DNA of 64,000 nucleotides from Escherichia phage vB_EcoM_R5505. Below are positions 50,809 through 60,734 of this stretch, piece after piece. Every line of letters begins with the position of its first letter. Position 1 is the stretch's first letter. Location: the sequence record MK373786.1. One strand, given 5' to 3'. A model generated the notes under the pieces. That model worked only from the letters and a program-made list of their open reading frames with translations, had not been told where the DNA came from and did not search any database. The translations under genes and the position numbers were made by a program.

Positions 50809-53800
50809 ATGGCTACTTTAAAACAAATACAATTTAAAAGAAGCAAAACCGCAGGTGCACGTCCTGCTGCTTCAGTATTAGCCGAAGGTGAATTGGCTAT
50901 AAACTTAAAAGATAGAACAATTTTTACTAAAGATGATTCAGGAAATATCATTGACTTAAGCATTTCTGCTGGTGGTAATATCAGTGGAAATATCACTCAA
51001 ACTGGTGATTATACACAGACTGGAAAATTTAATTTAATTGGTCCGCAAATTGTAGCAAGCGGTGGATATATTGAGTTTAATTATCGTACTACTGGAAGTG
51101 GGGCTTGGTCCGGTCAACATACTGCGAAAGCTCCAATTTTTGTAGATTTAAGCTCAGCTACTTCCACATCTGAATATAATCCTATAATTAAACAGCGCTT
51201 TAAAGATGGAACTTTTTCATTAGGTACTTTAGTTTCTGAAGGTTCGTTGAAGATTCATTATATCAATGAATCTGGCGATTCGAAATATTGGACGTTTCGA
51301 CGTGACGGCGGATTTACTGTTGACGGTGGAGGTTTAGCAGTATCAGGAGGTAGTATAACTACATCTGGAAATATTGCAGCTATTGGAAATATTACTTCGC
51401 CTCAGATTAATACTAAAAATATTATTTTAGATACAAAAGCATTTGGACAATACGATTCGCAATCATTAGTTCAATATGTTTATCCTGGAACAGGTGAAGA
51501 AAATGGTATAAACTATCTTCGTAAAGTTCGAGCTAAATCAGGCGGAACCATTTACCATGAATTAGCTTCTGCGCAAACCGGAAAAAGTGATGAACTTTCT
51601 TGGTGGACTGGTAATACAGCCGTTAATAAACAAATGGGTCTTCGTAATGATGGGGCTTTAGTATTACGACGCTCACTCGCAATTGGTACAATTACAACAG
51701 ATGAAAACATTAATAACTACGGCTCCGCTGGAGCAATGGGCGAATGTTATATAGTTATCGGTGATGCATCAACAGGCTTATCATACAAAAAAACTGGAGT
51801 ATATGATTTAGTTGCTAGTGGTCTTTCTTTAGCATCTATTACTCCTGATAGTTTCCGTAGTACCCGTAAAGCGATTTTTGGTCGTTCCGAGGACCAAGGT
51901 ACAACATGGATTATGCCTGGAACCAACGCCGCGTTTTTATCGGTTCAAACACAAGCTGATGAAAACACTGCTGGAGACGGCCAGACGCATATTGGCTATA
52001 ACTCAGGCGGAAAAATGAACCACTATTTCCGTGGTAAAGGCAAAACTAATATTAATACTCAAGAAGGCATGGAAGTTAACCCGGGTATTTTGAAATTGGT
52101 AACTGGCTCTAATAATGTAATGTTTTATGCTGATGGCGGTATTACATCTGTTAAGCAGCTTTCAATATATAATGGCATATATTTAGCAGCTAATAATTCT
52201 ACTGCTGGGCTAACATTCGCTCCAACTACTACAATTGATGGTACTAAGCAAATTTTGTGGGAAGGCGGTACTCGTGCTGGGCAGAATAAAAGCTATGTAA
52301 CTGTTAAAGCATGGGGTAATTCATTTAACGCATCTGGCGATCGTAATCGTGAAACGGTTTTTGAAGTAGCTGATGGACAAGGATATTATTTTTATTCACA
52401 GCGTGTGGCTCCAAGTGGCTCTGAAACTACTGGGCCTGTTGTAACCCAGTTCAATGGACAAGTTAATGCTAGAGGAAGTATTATTACTGACGGAAGTTTT
52501 AAAGTTAATGGATTAAGCACTTTAGTCGGTAATGTTACCATGTCTAATGGTTTGTTTGTCCAAGGTGGTTCTTCTATTACTGGACAAGTAAAAATTGGTG
52601 GAACTGCTGATGCATTAAGAATTTGGAATGCCGAATACGGTGCTATTTTCCGTCGCTCAGAAACAGCATTACATATTATCCCGACTCCTAAAGATGCCGG
52701 TGAAAGTGGTGGAATAAGTAATCTCCGCCCACTTAGTATTAGTCTTAATAATGGTATGGTACAAATGCGCCATTCTGTTACGTTAGGCGATGATGGCGCT
52801 GGAGGTAATATGATTACTGTGGACAACGATACCAAACTTGTTGTTGTTACTAGTAATAGTCGCATTTCTCCTAATTACCGTATGCAGGTAGGACAAGCAG
52901 CTTATATTGATGCTGAATGTACTGACACAGTTCGCCCGGCTGGTGCAGGGTCTTTTGCTTCACAAAATAATGAAAACGTTCGTGCTCCATTCTATATGAA
53001 TATTAATCGTACAGATACAAGTACTTACGTTCCTATTTTGAAACAACGATATGTCCAAGGAAACAGTTGTTATTCTCTGGGAACTCTAATTAACGGCGGT
53101 AACTTCAGAGTTCATTATCATGAAGGCGGCGATGGCGGTTCGACTGGCGCTATTATAAAGGATTTAGGTTGGGAATTTAACAAAAATGGTGATTTTATAT
53201 CTCCTAAGCGTGTTTCTGCTGGTGGTTCAGTTTATTTAGGTACAGACGGCAATATTACAGGTGGTTCTGGCAATTTTGCTAATTTAAACAGTACAATTGA
53301 ATCACTTAAAACCGATATTGTATCGAGTTACCCAATCGGTGCTCCTATTCCATGGCCAACGGATACTCCTCCTGACGGTTACGCTATTATGGAAGGCCAG
53401 ACTTTTGATAAGTCTGCATACCCAAAATTGGCTATGGCTTACCCATCTGGCGTAATTCCAGATATGCGCGGGCAAACTATTAAAGGTAAACCAAGTGGTC
53501 GAGCTGTATTAAGCGCAGAAGCCGATGGTGTTAAGGCTCATAGCCATAGTGCATCGGCTTCAAGTACTGACTTGGGTACTAAAACTACGTCGAGTTTTGA
53601 TTATGGTACTAAGACGACAAGTAGCTTTGACTATGGCACTAAGACTAGCAATACCACAGGTAACCACTCTCATACTGTAAGCGGTACTACGAGTTCTGCT
53701 GGTGCACACCAACATGCGCGCTCAGGTCCTCAGATACAAGCCGGCATACCCAATAACATATTCTATGACGGATATAATAGTGTAGGTGCAAACGCCAACG

Positions 53801-54084
53801 CTAAATTCACTGGAACCGTGAACGGTGCTACTGCAGGGTCGAATATAGCCAAAACTTCTTCAGACGGTGCTCATACTCATACTTGGTCTGGTACTACAAG
53901 CACTACAGGTAACCATGCTCACACAGTAGGTATTGGTGCTCATACCCATACTGTAGGTATCGGTGCTCATACCCACACGGTAGCAATTGGCTCGCATGGT
54001 CATACTATCACTGTAAATAGTACAGGTAATACAGAAAACACGGTTAAAAACATTGCTTTTAACTATATCGTTCGTTTAGCATAA
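50809..54084 (+). CDS. 37: Long tail fibre distal subunit gp37, receptor-binding tip with His-box repeats
   Basis: 1091-aa ORF; C-terminus ...[11 protein letters not shown] as in T4 gp37; HxH repeats near the tip; longer than the 1026 aa I recall for T4. Confidence 0.95.
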   Translation: MATLKQIQFKRSKTAGARPAASVLAEGELAINLKDRTIFTKDDSGNIIDLSISAGGNISGNITQTGDYTQTGKFNLIGPQIVASGGYIEFNYRTTGSGAWSGQHTAKAPIFVDLSSATSTSEYNPIIKQRFKDGTFSLGTLVSEGSLKIHYINESGDSKYWTFRRDGGFTVDGGGLAVSGGSITTSGNIAAIGNITSPQINTKNIILDTKAFGQYDSQSLVQYVYPGTGEENGINYLRKVRAKSGGTIYHELASAQTGKSDELSWWTGNTAVNKQMGLRNDGALVLRRSLAIGTITTDENINNYGSAGAMGECYIVIGDASTGLSYKKTGVYDLVASGLSLASITPDSFRSTRKAIFGRSEDQGTTWIMPGTNAAFLSVQTQADENTAGDGQTHIGYNSGGKMNHYFRGKGKTNINTQEGMEVNPGILKLVTGSNNVMFYADGGITSVKQLSIYNGIYLAANNSTAGLTFAPTTTIDGTKQILWEGGTRAGQNKSYVTVKAWGNSFNASGDRNRETVFEVADGQGYYFYSQRVAPSGSETTGPVVTQFNGQVNARGSIITDGSFKVNGLSTLVGNVTMSNGLFVQGGSSITGQVKIGGTADALRIWNAEYGAIFRRSETALHIIPTPKDAGESGGISNLRPLSISLNNGMVQMRHSVTLGDDGAGGNMITVDNDTKLVVVTSNSRISPNYRMQVGQAAYIDAECTDTVRPAGAGSFASQNNENVRAPFYMNINRTDTSTYVPILKQRYVQGNSCYSLGTLINGGNFRVHYHEGGDGGSTGAIIKDLGWEFNKNGDFISPKRVSAGGSVYLGTDGNITGGSGNFANLNSTIESLKTDIVSSYPIGAPIPWPTDTPPDGYAIMEGQTFDKSAYPKLAMAYPSGVIPDMRGQTIKGKPSGRAVLSAEADGVKAHSHSASASSTDLGTKTTSSFDYGTKTTSSFDYGTKTSNTTGNHSHTVSGTTSSAGAHQHARSGPQIQAGIPNNIFYDGYNSVGANANAKFTGTVNGATAGSNIAKTSSDGAHTHTWSGTTSTTGNHAHTVGIGAHTHTVGIGAHTHTVAIGSHGHTITVNSTGNTENTVKNIAFNYIVRLA
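53575..53664 (+). repeat. Three 30-nt tandem coding repeats in gp37 ([10 protein letters not shown] x2, [10 protein letters not shown])
   Basis: Imperfect direct repeats visible at DNA and protein level. Confidence 0.7.
53908..54009 (+). repeat. Tandem 27-nt His-box repeats in gp37 tip (GIGAHTHTV units)
   Basis: ggtattggtgctcatacccatactgta / ggtatcggtgctcatacccacacggta plus flanking degenerate units. Confidence 0.75.
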
Positions 54085-54087
54085 GGA

Positions 54088-54105
54088 GAGGGGCTTCGGC
54101 CCCTT
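54088..54105 (+). terminator. Hairpin after gene 37
   Basis: gaggggc-ttcg-gcccctt. Confidence 0.7.
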
Positions 54106-54111
54106 CTAAAT

Positions 54112-54663
54112 ATGAAAATATATCATTATTATTTTGACACTAAAGAATTTTACAAAGAAGAAAATTACAAACCGGTTAAAGGCCTCGGTCTTCCTGCTCA
54201 TTCAACAATTAAAAAACCTTTAGAACCTAAAGAAGGATATGCAGTTGTATTTGATGAACGTACTCAGGATTGGATTTATGAAGAAGACCATCGCGGAAAA
54301 CGAGCATGGACTTTTAATAAAGAAGAAATTTTTATAAGTGAAATTGGAAGCCCGGTTGGTATAACTTTTGATGAGCCTGGCGAATTTGATATATGGACTG
54401 ATGACGGTTGGAAAGAAGACGAAACATATAAGCGAGTTTTAATTCGTAATAGAAAAATTGAAGAATTATATAAAGAGTTCCAAGTTTTAAATAATATGAT
54501 TGAAGCTTCTGTCGCCAATAAAAAGGAAAAATTTTATTATAAAAACCTTAAGCGGTTCTTTGCTCTTTTAGAAAAGCATGAGCATTTAGGTGGTGAATTC
54601 CCTTCATGGCCTGAAAAAGAACGGAAACCTTGGTATAAGCGTTTATTCAAGCATTACGTATAA
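54112..54663 (+). CDS. 38: gp38 tail fibre assembly chaperone (T4 type)
   Basis: 183-aa ORF directly after gene 37. Confidence 0.88.
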   Translation: MKIYHYYFDTKEFYKEENYKPVKGLGLPAHSTIKKPLEPKEGYAVVFDERTQDWIYEEDHRGKRAWTFNKEEIFISEIGSPVGITFDEPGEFDIWTDDGWKEDETYKRVLIRNRKIEELYKEFQVLNNMIEASVANKKEKFYYKNLKRFFALLEKHEHLGGEFPSWPEKERKPWYKRLFKHYV

Positions 54664-54683
54664 ATATCTTAAAAGGAGGGTCT

Positions 54684-55340
54684 ATGGCAGCACCTAGAAT
54701 ATCATTTTCGCCCTCTGATATTCTGTTTGGTGTTCTAGATCGCTTGTTCAAAGATAACGCTACTGGGAAGGTTCTTGCTTCCCGGGTAGCTGTCGTAATT
54801 CTTTTATTTATGATGGCGATTGTTTGGTATAGGGGAGATAGTTTCTTTGAGTACTATAAGCAATCAAAGTATGAAACATACAGTGAAATTATTGAAAAGG
54901 AAAGAAATGCACGCTTTGAATCTGTCGCCCTGGAACAACTCCAGATAGTTCATATATCATCTGAGGCAGACTTTAGTGCGGTGTATTCTTTCCGCCCTAA
55001 AAACTTAAACTATTTTGTTGATATTATAGCATACGAAGGAAGATTACCTTCAACAATAACTGAAAAATCACTTGGAGGATATCCTGTTGATAAAACTATG
55101 GATGAATATACAGTTCATTTAAATGGACGTCATTATTATTCTGACTCAAAATTTGCTTTTTTACCAACTAAAAAGCCTACTCCCGAAATAAACTACATGT
55201 ACAGTTGTCCATATTTTAATTTGGATAATATCTATGCTGGAACGATAACCATGTACTGGTATAGAAATGATCATATAAGTAATGACCGCCTTGAATCAAT
55301 ATGTGCTCAGGCGGCCAGAATATTAGGAAGGGCTAAATAA
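54684..55340 (+). CDS. t: Holin t
   Basis: 218-aa ORF; single N-terminal transmembrane segment (VAVVILLFMMAIVWY) and large periplasmic domain. Confidence 0.92.
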   Translation: MAAPRISFSPSDILFGVLDRLFKDNATGKVLASRVAVVILLFMMAIVWYRGDSFFEYYKQSKYETYSEIIEKERNARFESVALEQLQIVHISSEADFSAVYSFRPKNLNYFVDIIAYEGRLPSTITEKSLGGYPVDKTMDEYTVHLNGRHYYSDSKFAFLPTKKPTPEINYMYSCPYFNLDNIYAGTITMYWYRNDHISNDRLESICAQAARILGRAK

Positions 55341-55613
55341 TTATTTGTTCGTATACATCTCTAGATATCGATATACATCCTCAAAACCCTCGTTGAATTC
55401 GTCGATGAGGGTTTTCTTATCTTCTTGAGTTAATTCAGAAACAATTTTACGGAATGAATTCTGATTTAATTTTCTACCTTCATGCGTTACTCCAATCTCA
55501 TTCAGAAATGCAATAAAATTAGCACGATTTTCAACAATATCTTCTCTGGAAAATTTAATCAAAATAGACGCAACAGTAATAATTTCACGAACTGTATCAA
55601 TGTTTTTATTCAT
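55341..55613 (-). CDS. asiA: AsiA anti-sigma-70 factor
   Basis: 90-aa ORF MNKNIDTVREIITVASILIKFSREDIVENRANFIAFLNEIG. Confidence 0.95.
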   Translation of the reverse strand: MNKNIDTVREIITVASILIKFSREDIVENRANFIAFLNEIGVTHEGRKLNQNSFRKIVSELTQEDKKTLIDEFNEGFEDVYRYLEMYTNK

Positions 55614-55625
55614 TAACTATACCAC

Positions 55626-55778
55626 TCAATTAGTTGACTTTGTTATAATATCATCAGACGCTTGATTTGTAAACTGGTCTGTGTTATTTTCTTCAAAAAT
55701 TTTTTCTACGAATTCCTTGAACGACTTACGTTCCTGAGCTACATTATGCTCGATTACCTTTTCAAGATTATGACTCAT
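55626..55778 (-). CDS. Small protein (asiA.1 position), not in ORF track
   Basis: 50-aa ORF MSHNLEKVIEHNVAQERKSF...; ATGA overlap with the arn stop. Confidence 0.5.
   Translation of the reverse strand: MSHNLEKVIEHNVAQERKSFKEFVEKIFEENNTDQFTNQASDDIITKSTN
55640..55675 (-). promoter_or_regulatory. Early promoter for asiA (TTTACA-N18-TATTAT)
   Basis: On the minus strand TTTACAaatcaagcgtctgatgaTATTAT, inside the asiA.1 coding region. Confidence 0.6.
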
Positions 55779-56053
55779 TCGAAATAATCTTCAATTTCAT
55801 AATCATGGACATAAATCATTATAGTTTTTAATACATCATCAATACTTTTTCCTGGAGCTGGAATTACGTAAAAATACCCTGCTTTTGAGAGGTCTTTATA
55901 AGTTCCAATCAAGAAATCATTATTCTCAAGATGTAGTTCTTCAACTAATTCATTAACAATTGAGTGGTATAAATTTGGTAGAAACTTATATAGCTTTTCT
56001 AGAATATCAATTTTGATTGTGTATTGAACCACAGACTGAGAATCAATAATCAT
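55775..56053 (-). CDS. arn: Arn anti-restriction nuclease protein (McrBC inhibitor)
   Basis: 92-aa acidic ORF at the T4 arn position. Confidence 0.82.
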   Translation of the reverse strand: MIIDSQSVVQYTIKIDILEKLYKFLPNLYHSIVNELVEELHLENNDFLIGTYKDLSKAGYFYVIPAPGKSIDDVLKTIMIYVHDYEIEDYFE

Positions 56054-56136
56054 AGACCTTCCCCTTATGTTTCTGTTTGCGATTAGATTCTTTAAACGCT
56101 TTCTTCTTATCCTTATGAACAGAAGCTTTATTGAAA

Positions 56137-56355
56137 TTATGTTTTGCGACTAAATTGTTCATAGTGCTGAATTACCTCTCTCAAACATTTGCATGTGAAT
56201 GAAAACTTTTTAGCTACACCACATTCAAATATATGTTCTCTTAAATCGCGTGTATCGGTATATCCCATCTCAACAATAAAATGCCGTATTAGATTTTTAT
56301 CTTTATCATTGAGAGAATTAAAATAATCAGATTTTGAATTAATTTCCCTGGCCAA
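56137..56355 (-). CDS. Hypothetical protein (arn.x)
   Basis: 72-aa ORF with FTCKC cysteine pair. Confidence 0.6.
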   Translation of the reverse strand: MAREINSKSDYFNSLNDKDKNLIRHFIVEMGYTDTRDLREHIFECGVAKKFSFTCKCLREVIQHYEQFSRKT

Positions 56356-56635
56356 ATTGAATCACCTTCAGTTGACGTTTTAATTCTTTTATCATTTCTT
56401 CGTTCATCGCAATATAAAGATCGCGTAAAGCAGGTTTTAGCATTCCATTTACTGGAGAACTAAATGGACATACATAATCTTTTCCTACAAGCTTTTTGGC
56501 AAATTCCATATCACAAAATTTAAATGCCGGCTCATTCGCATAAATTCCCCAATTAGTTGACATCATTTTATTGGCATATTCCAGTGCCTGGATTTGATTC
56601 ATAATTCCATCGATTTGAAACTTTTTAATATTCAT
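56339..56635 (-). CDS. Hypothetical protein (arn.x)
   Basis: 98-aa ORF. Confidence 0.65.
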   Translation of the reverse strand: MNIKKFQIDGIMNQIQALEYANKMMSTNWGIYANEPAFKFCDMEFAKKLVGKDYVCPFSSPVNGMLKPALRDLYIAMNEEMIKELKRQLKVIQFGQGN

Positions 56636-57096
56636 TAGTAAAGATCCTCAGAGTAAAGTTCTTTTTCACTACCACCACGTTCAATACGTACTTGTCCAGC
56701 GTAAGTTGCAATAATCATTGCTTCTTCACGTGTCCAATAATTACTGTATTGGTCAATAAACCCTTGGTCATCATCACAAACTTGTTGAGTAACTAATTGA
56801 GGTTTAACTACATCTAAAACTTCGGCCATATCTTTAGAATAATGACGAGCACCTGGAATAATAAGAGTTCGTCCATCTTTTAATTTAAAACGGTTGGCTG
56901 CACAGACAATTCGTCGTTGATACTTTTGGTTTTCATCCCAGTACGCAGTCTGCCAACAGATTTCAGGAACTTCTTTCAGAATATCTTCTTCTGTGCATTT
57001 ATAACCATGCGTTTTAAATTTTTCAACAAGACTTTCTGGAGTTTCACGAGATAAAGGAACATTCAGCATTTTTAAACGATTGATAAATGGGTTCAT
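56635..57096 (-). CDS. Hypothetical protein (arn.x)
   Basis: 153-aa ORF. Confidence 0.7.
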   Translation of the reverse strand: MNPFINRLKMLNVPLSRETPESLVEKFKTHGYKCTEEDILKEVPEICWQTAYWDENQKYQRRIVCAANRFKLKDGRTLIIPGARHYSKDMAEVLDVVKPQLVTQQVCDDDQGFIDQYSNYWTREEAMIIATYAGQVRIERGGSEKELYSEDLY

Positions 57097-57422
57097 TTAA
57101 ACCATCCTTTAATACGTTGCCACAAAGTTTTCTGCTGAGCTCTGTTAACACCAATTGAACGAATAACCGGTTGAGATTCCTGGAATTCTTTATAATCAGC
57201 AAGGTAAATTTCGTAAGCTGCATCCGTAAATGAACTTATCGCTGCCATAAAATTATTACGAATACCTACTGGAGCATCTTTACTTTCACGAATAATCATG
57301 TATTTACCAGTCTTAATCTTTACGATAGTTCCAAGATAAGCTCCATGATACCAGATGTCCCAACCCTCTTGTGTAGGTTCTGCACAACGACGAAGTTCAT
57401 TAACAATTTCTAACTTGTTCAT
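57093..57422 (-). CDS. Hypothetical protein (arn.x)
   Basis: 109-aa ORF. Confidence 0.7.
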   Translation of the reverse strand: MNKLEIVNELRRCAEPTQEGWDIWYHGAYLGTIVKIKTGKYMIIRESKDAPVGIRNNFMAAISSFTDAAYEIYLADYKEFQESQPVIRSIGVNRAQQKTLWQRIKGWFK

Positions 57423-57432
57423 TATTTATTCC

Positions 57433-58068
57433 TCACAGTTCAGATGCTACAGTGATTACTGCTTCAATGTTTTCTGCTGAGCGTTTAATGTCAAGATACA
57501 CATTACCGTTTTTAGCGATTTTACATGACATTCCGATATCAGTAAATTTCTGAATATGATGTTCCATCATTTTGTATCCAAAAATTCGCATATTTCCATT
57601 GTTGTTAATTTCAAAATTACGAATTCCGTGAGTGCGTTTTTCTAAAATAGCAAGATAGTTACTGCGGTAAGTTTCAACCTTTTTAAGAACAAATCCATTT
57701 TCATCTAAAAGTTTTAACATGAAGTCTTTATCTTCTTCCATATCGGAAGTAATCTCACGAGCTTTACGAGTTGCTCGTTTTTTCAGTAGTTCAGGAGCAT
57801 TTTCCTGTGCGTATAAAGTTGCTGCATTTGAAATAATATCCTGAGCTTCGCCTGTAATGATTAATCCATCACCAGATTTCTCCACCAGGCCTTTTTTAAT
57901 CAATACCCCAATATTACTATTAACTACTGCGTTACCTAAATCTGGATGCACCTCACGAACTTCTGCAGCTGTAATGAAATCTTTCTTAGCAATAGTAATT
58001 AAAATCGCAGCAGTTTTTTCATTCAGAACATCGTTAGAAGCTTTGATGATGTAAGTTACTTTAGACAT
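57433..58068 (-). CDS. motA: MotA middle-transcription activator
   Basis: 211-aa ORF MSKVTYIIKASNDVLNEKTAAIL...; early promoter upstream. Confidence 0.95.
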   Translation of the reverse strand: MSKVTYIIKASNDVLNEKTAAILITIAKKDFITAAEVREVHPDLGNAVVNSNIGVLIKKGLVEKSGDGLIITGEAQDIISNAATLYAQENAPELLKKRATRKAREITSDMEEDKDFMLKLLDENGFVLKKVETYRSNYLAILEKRTHGIRNFEINNNGNMRIFGYKMMEHHIQKFTDIGMSCKIAKNGNVYLDIKRSAENIEAVITVASEL

Positions 58069-58100
58069 TTTCTAATCTCCGTAATTCTGTATCAGTAGTT

Positions 58101-58171
58101 GATAGTTGTATAGTACCACAGTATGCTTTGGTTGTAAACCGTTTTATGAAAAAATTTTAAAATAAAAAAGG
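58101..58171 (-). promoter_or_regulatory. Early promoter for motA with A/T-rich upstream element, copy of the 71-nt repeat
   Basis: GTTTACA (plus-strand gtaaac at 58134-58139) -N17/18- TACTAT; near-identical to 41694-41765. Confidence 0.7.
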
Positions 58172-58189
58172 GAGAGCCTCGGCTCTCCC
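58170..58189. terminator. Hairpin gggagagcc-tc-ggctctccc
   Basis: 9-bp GC-rich stem after an A-run. Confidence 0.75.
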
Positions 58190-58194
58190 TAAAA

Positions 58195-58344
58195 TTACTG
58201 CTCGAACGCGATAACTATCGTGATAACACGTTGAATTCCGAACGCAAGAAGACCTCCTGCTACGGCTGGAACAACGCCTAAACCCGCCAGTAAAATGCTA
58301 CCAGATACTAATGCAGCGCTTGTAATACCAATGAATGGACTCAT
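58195..58344 (-). CDS. Small hydrophobic protein (motA.1 position), not in ORF track
   Basis: 49-aa ORF MSPFIGITSAALVSGSILLAGLGVVPAVAGGLLAF...; ATGA overlap with the gene 52 stop. Confidence 0.5.
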   Translation of the reverse strand: MSPFIGITSAALVSGSILLAGLGVVPAVAGGLLAFGIQRVITIVIAFEQ

Positions 58345-59669
58345 TTGATTTCCTCTAAATCTTTGGTGTATTCGGTAACTACATCAGTAGTTTTCCAATA
58401 TTCGTTTTCTTCTTTTTTAGCTTTAGCTTCTTCAGCAAGTTTCTTCGCTTCATCGGAAGTCATATGAAAAATATTCATTCCAACTAGTTTATCAACATAA
58501 GAAGAATACATCTCAATTTTAGAAAGTTCTTCGGTCAGTTCTTTACGAGTTTTACCCTGTACAACAATTTCACCTGAAATTACTTTCTTAATGAAATGTG
58601 CCTTGGCAAAGGCTAAACGAAAAGCTGACTCAGTTTCTTTAATTTTGTTATCAATTCGTTTTTGGACATAAGTTTTACGAACTTCAACGAAATCTTTAAT
58701 TAAATCAACTACGTTATCGTAAACTTGTAGTTTTCCTTTCTCATTAATAACCGTAATATTCTGAGAACGACGCTCAATCAACCCGAAGTCTTTCATAATT
58801 TTTGCATGGCGTTCTTCTTCATTATCGCTCAAAGAATATTCTTTGCGGAATTTAACTTTGAATCCAAAACCGTGCTCACCGCAAGCATCATCCCATGTAA
58901 TGAAGCCTTTATCTTCAAGTGGGTCTAAGATTTTACTCACATAAGTTTCACGATCATACTTATATGGAATCTCAGTGATATGCATTTGAGTTCGTGAAGT
59001 AAACTTGTATGTTCCACGAATTTCATATTGCCCATCAATTTCAATGACTTCACCACGAAATTCTGGGAATTCTACCTTCGGTTTAGTTACTTTCTTTCCT
59101 TGAAGAGCTTGTAGTACAGCTTTCTTGACAGAAGAAACACTATGAGGAAGAATGTAAGTTGCATAACCAGTTGCAATACCGGAAACACCATTAAGAAGAA
59201 CAGTAGGAATAATAGGCAAATAAAAAGCAGGCGGAATGTGTTCTTTATCTTGATGTACCGGAGCATATTCAGTATCTTTATATACGTTATAGAAATTTTT
59301 ACTTACACGAGCAAAAATATAACGACTTGCTGCTGCTTTTTGAACGGTACGAGAACCGAAGTTTCCTTGACCATCTAACAAAGGAAAGTTATTATTCCAA
59401 GTATTAGCCATCAAAGCGCCTGCGTCTTGTGCAGAGTTTTCGCCATGGTGATATCCAAGGTCCGCTACACCACCTGCAATAGAAGCGAGTTTGTGAAACT
59501 TATCTTTATTTCCTCGTGCCAAATCAAGAGCTCGAGCAATAACAAATCGTTGAACTGGCTTAAATCCATCAATCATATTTGGGATAGCACGATTTTCAAC
59601 CGTGTACATAGCATAAGCCAATGCTTCATTATCAATGATACTTTTTAAATCGCGATTATTCAGTTGCAT
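58341..59669 (-). CDS. 52: DNA topoisomerase II medium subunit gp52
   Basis: 442-aa ORF, GyrA-like N-terminal domain with catalytic Tyr region. Confidence 0.95.
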   Translation of the reverse strand: MQLNNRDLKSIIDNEALAYAMYTVENRAIPNMIDGFKPVQRFVIARALDLARGNKDKFHKLASIAGGVADLGYHHGENSAQDAGALMANTWNNNFPLLDGQGNFGSRTVQKAAASRYIFARVSKNFYNVYKDTEYAPVHQDKEHIPPAFYLPIIPTVLLNGVSGIATGYATYILPHSVSSVKKAVLQALQGKKVTKPKVEFPEFRGEVIEIDGQYEIRGTYKFTSRTQMHITEIPYKYDRETYVSKILDPLEDKGFITWDDACGEHGFGFKVKFRKEYSLSDNEEERHAKIMKDFGLIERRSQNITVINEKGKLQVYDNVVDLIKDFVEVRKTYVQKRIDNKIKETESAFRLAFAKAHFIKKVISGEIVVQGKTRKELTEELSKIEMYSSYVDKLVGMNIFHMTSDEAKKLAEEAKAKKEENEYWKTTDVVTEYTKDLEEIK

Positions 59670-59673
59670 AAAT

Positions 59674-59814
59674 TTACCATACTAGTGAATGTAGTGCCAT
59701 AATAACATCAGAAATGAAAAGCACGACTTGAATTAATCCGAACATTATTCCGTAATATAACGCTATCAATAAAATAGCAAAGGCTAATGAATAGCCCAAG
59801 ATTTTCTTAATCAT
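59674..59814 (-). CDS. Small membrane peptide (52.1 position), not in ORF track
   Basis: 46-aa hydrophobic ORF MIKKILGYSLAFAILLIALYYGIMFGL... Confidence 0.45.
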   Translation of the reverse strand: MIKKILGYSLAFAILLIALYYGIMFGLIQVVLFISDVIMALHSLVW

Positions 59815-59962
59815 TAGATAACAACACAAATGTTAAATATGCACACATACCCTGGGCTAAAGCCTGCGAAAACACACTGCTGGCATCGATACAGATAGTT
59901 AAAACACATGCTACTATCCAACAAATAAATGAAATAACTCCTAATAATTTTGCGATATTCAT
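59807..59962 (-). CDS. ac: Ac-type 51-aa membrane protein (acriflavine sensitivity)
   Basis: 51 aa from MNIAKLLGVISFICWIVACVL... with GAGGAG Shine-Dalgarno; track ORF begins at an upstream TTG. Confidence 0.7.
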   Translation of the reverse strand: MNIAKLLGVISFICWIVACVLTICIDASSVFSQALAQGMCAYLTFVLLSND

Positions 59963-59972
59963 AATATTCTCC

Positions 59973-60128
59973 TCAACTATTTTTAGAACCAATGTACGCG
60001 AATAATGATAAAATCGCTAATACGCCCTGAGCTGATGCTTGCAAAAATACTGAAGTTTCTCCAGTTATTACTGTTCCGATGCATAAAAAGAACCAACAGA
60101 AAAAGGCTATACCGTGAACAAGTTTCAT
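59973..60128 (-). CDS. Ac-like paralog, 51-aa membrane protein, not in ORF track
   Basis: MKLVHGIAFFCWFFLCIGTVITGETSVFLQASAQG... shares the CW..C...SVF.QA.AQG pattern with the adjacent ac ORF. Confidence 0.5.
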   Translation of the reverse strand: MKLVHGIAFFCWFFLCIGTVITGETSVFLQASAQGVLAILSLFAYIGSKNS

Positions 60129-60135
60129 ATTTTCC

Positions 60136-60216
60136 TCACTGGCGTCCGAAGACGCCTTTAGTTTTAAGATTGTTACGATAGAACTGCATCACATGTTCGT
60201 TATGGAAATTACTCAT
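60136..60216 (-). CDS. stp: Stp peptide, activator of the host PrrC anticodon nuclease
   Basis: 26-aa [29 protein letters not shown] matches my memory of T4 Stp; TAATG overlap with the ndd stop; 3' end encodes the hairpin ggcgtc-cgaa-gacgcc. Confidence 0.85.
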
Positions 60217-60671
60217 TAATATGCCTGCAAAACAAATTTAAAGTTATCAGCCAACATACGGTTCATTTCTTCAAGTGTTTGATACTCAGAATGATGATTA
60301 CGAGTAAACGCCAAAGCTAACTGACCTTTACCAAATCCCGTCGTCAGAGGTTTCATCTTAGAAGCAGGCAGATAAAATACTGTGTATGGAACATTGTTAT
60401 TTGCAATAGTACGCGCAAGCTGAGACCGACGCTGACGAATATGACTTAGAACTGCACTGAATCCTTGCTTAGAACGCTGATTACCTACATAAAATCGTGC
60501 AGACACACATGGATTACTAAATGGACGACCATCTAATTTACTTACTAAAAAGTAAAATCCAGGTTTAGACAAAATGTCTTTGTGCGGAGTTCCCAAAAAC
60601 CATTCACCGCCCTTGATTGTACCAATAACAGTTGCGCCTGCATTGTTCAGATCAGTAACAGTCATGTATTT
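60216..60671 (-). CDS. ndd: Ndd nucleoid disruption protein
   Basis: 151 aa from [18 protein letters not shown] (GAGGAAA Shine-Dalgarno); track ORF extended to an upstream start. Confidence 0.92.
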
Positions 60672-60706
60672 CATATTAATTTCCTCTAAATTATTTTCTA
60701 CTCCAA

Positions 60707-60728
60707 GGCCGCATGAATACACGCGGCC
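60707..60728. terminator. Hairpin ggccgc-atgaatacac-gcggcc upstream of ndd
   Basis: 6-bp GC stem. Confidence 0.5.
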
Positions 60729-60734
60729 ATTAAA

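Noticed and set aside
52392-52865. 157-aa antisense ORF inside gene 37
   Set aside because: Low-complexity translation of the reverse strand of the tail fibre gene; no signals.
53575-54009. Possible CRISPR-like array suggested by short tandem direct repeats
   Set aside because: The repeats are in-frame coding repeats within gp37 with no spacer structure; not a CRISPR array.
56043-56162. 39-aa basic minus-strand ORF (MNNLVAKHNFNKASVHKDKKKAFKESNRKQKHKGKVYDY) overlapping the arn start
   Set aside because: Overlaps the upstream 72-aa ORF by 26 nt in another frame and lacks a clear Shine-Dalgarno sequence; could be real but the evidence is too thin to call as a feature.
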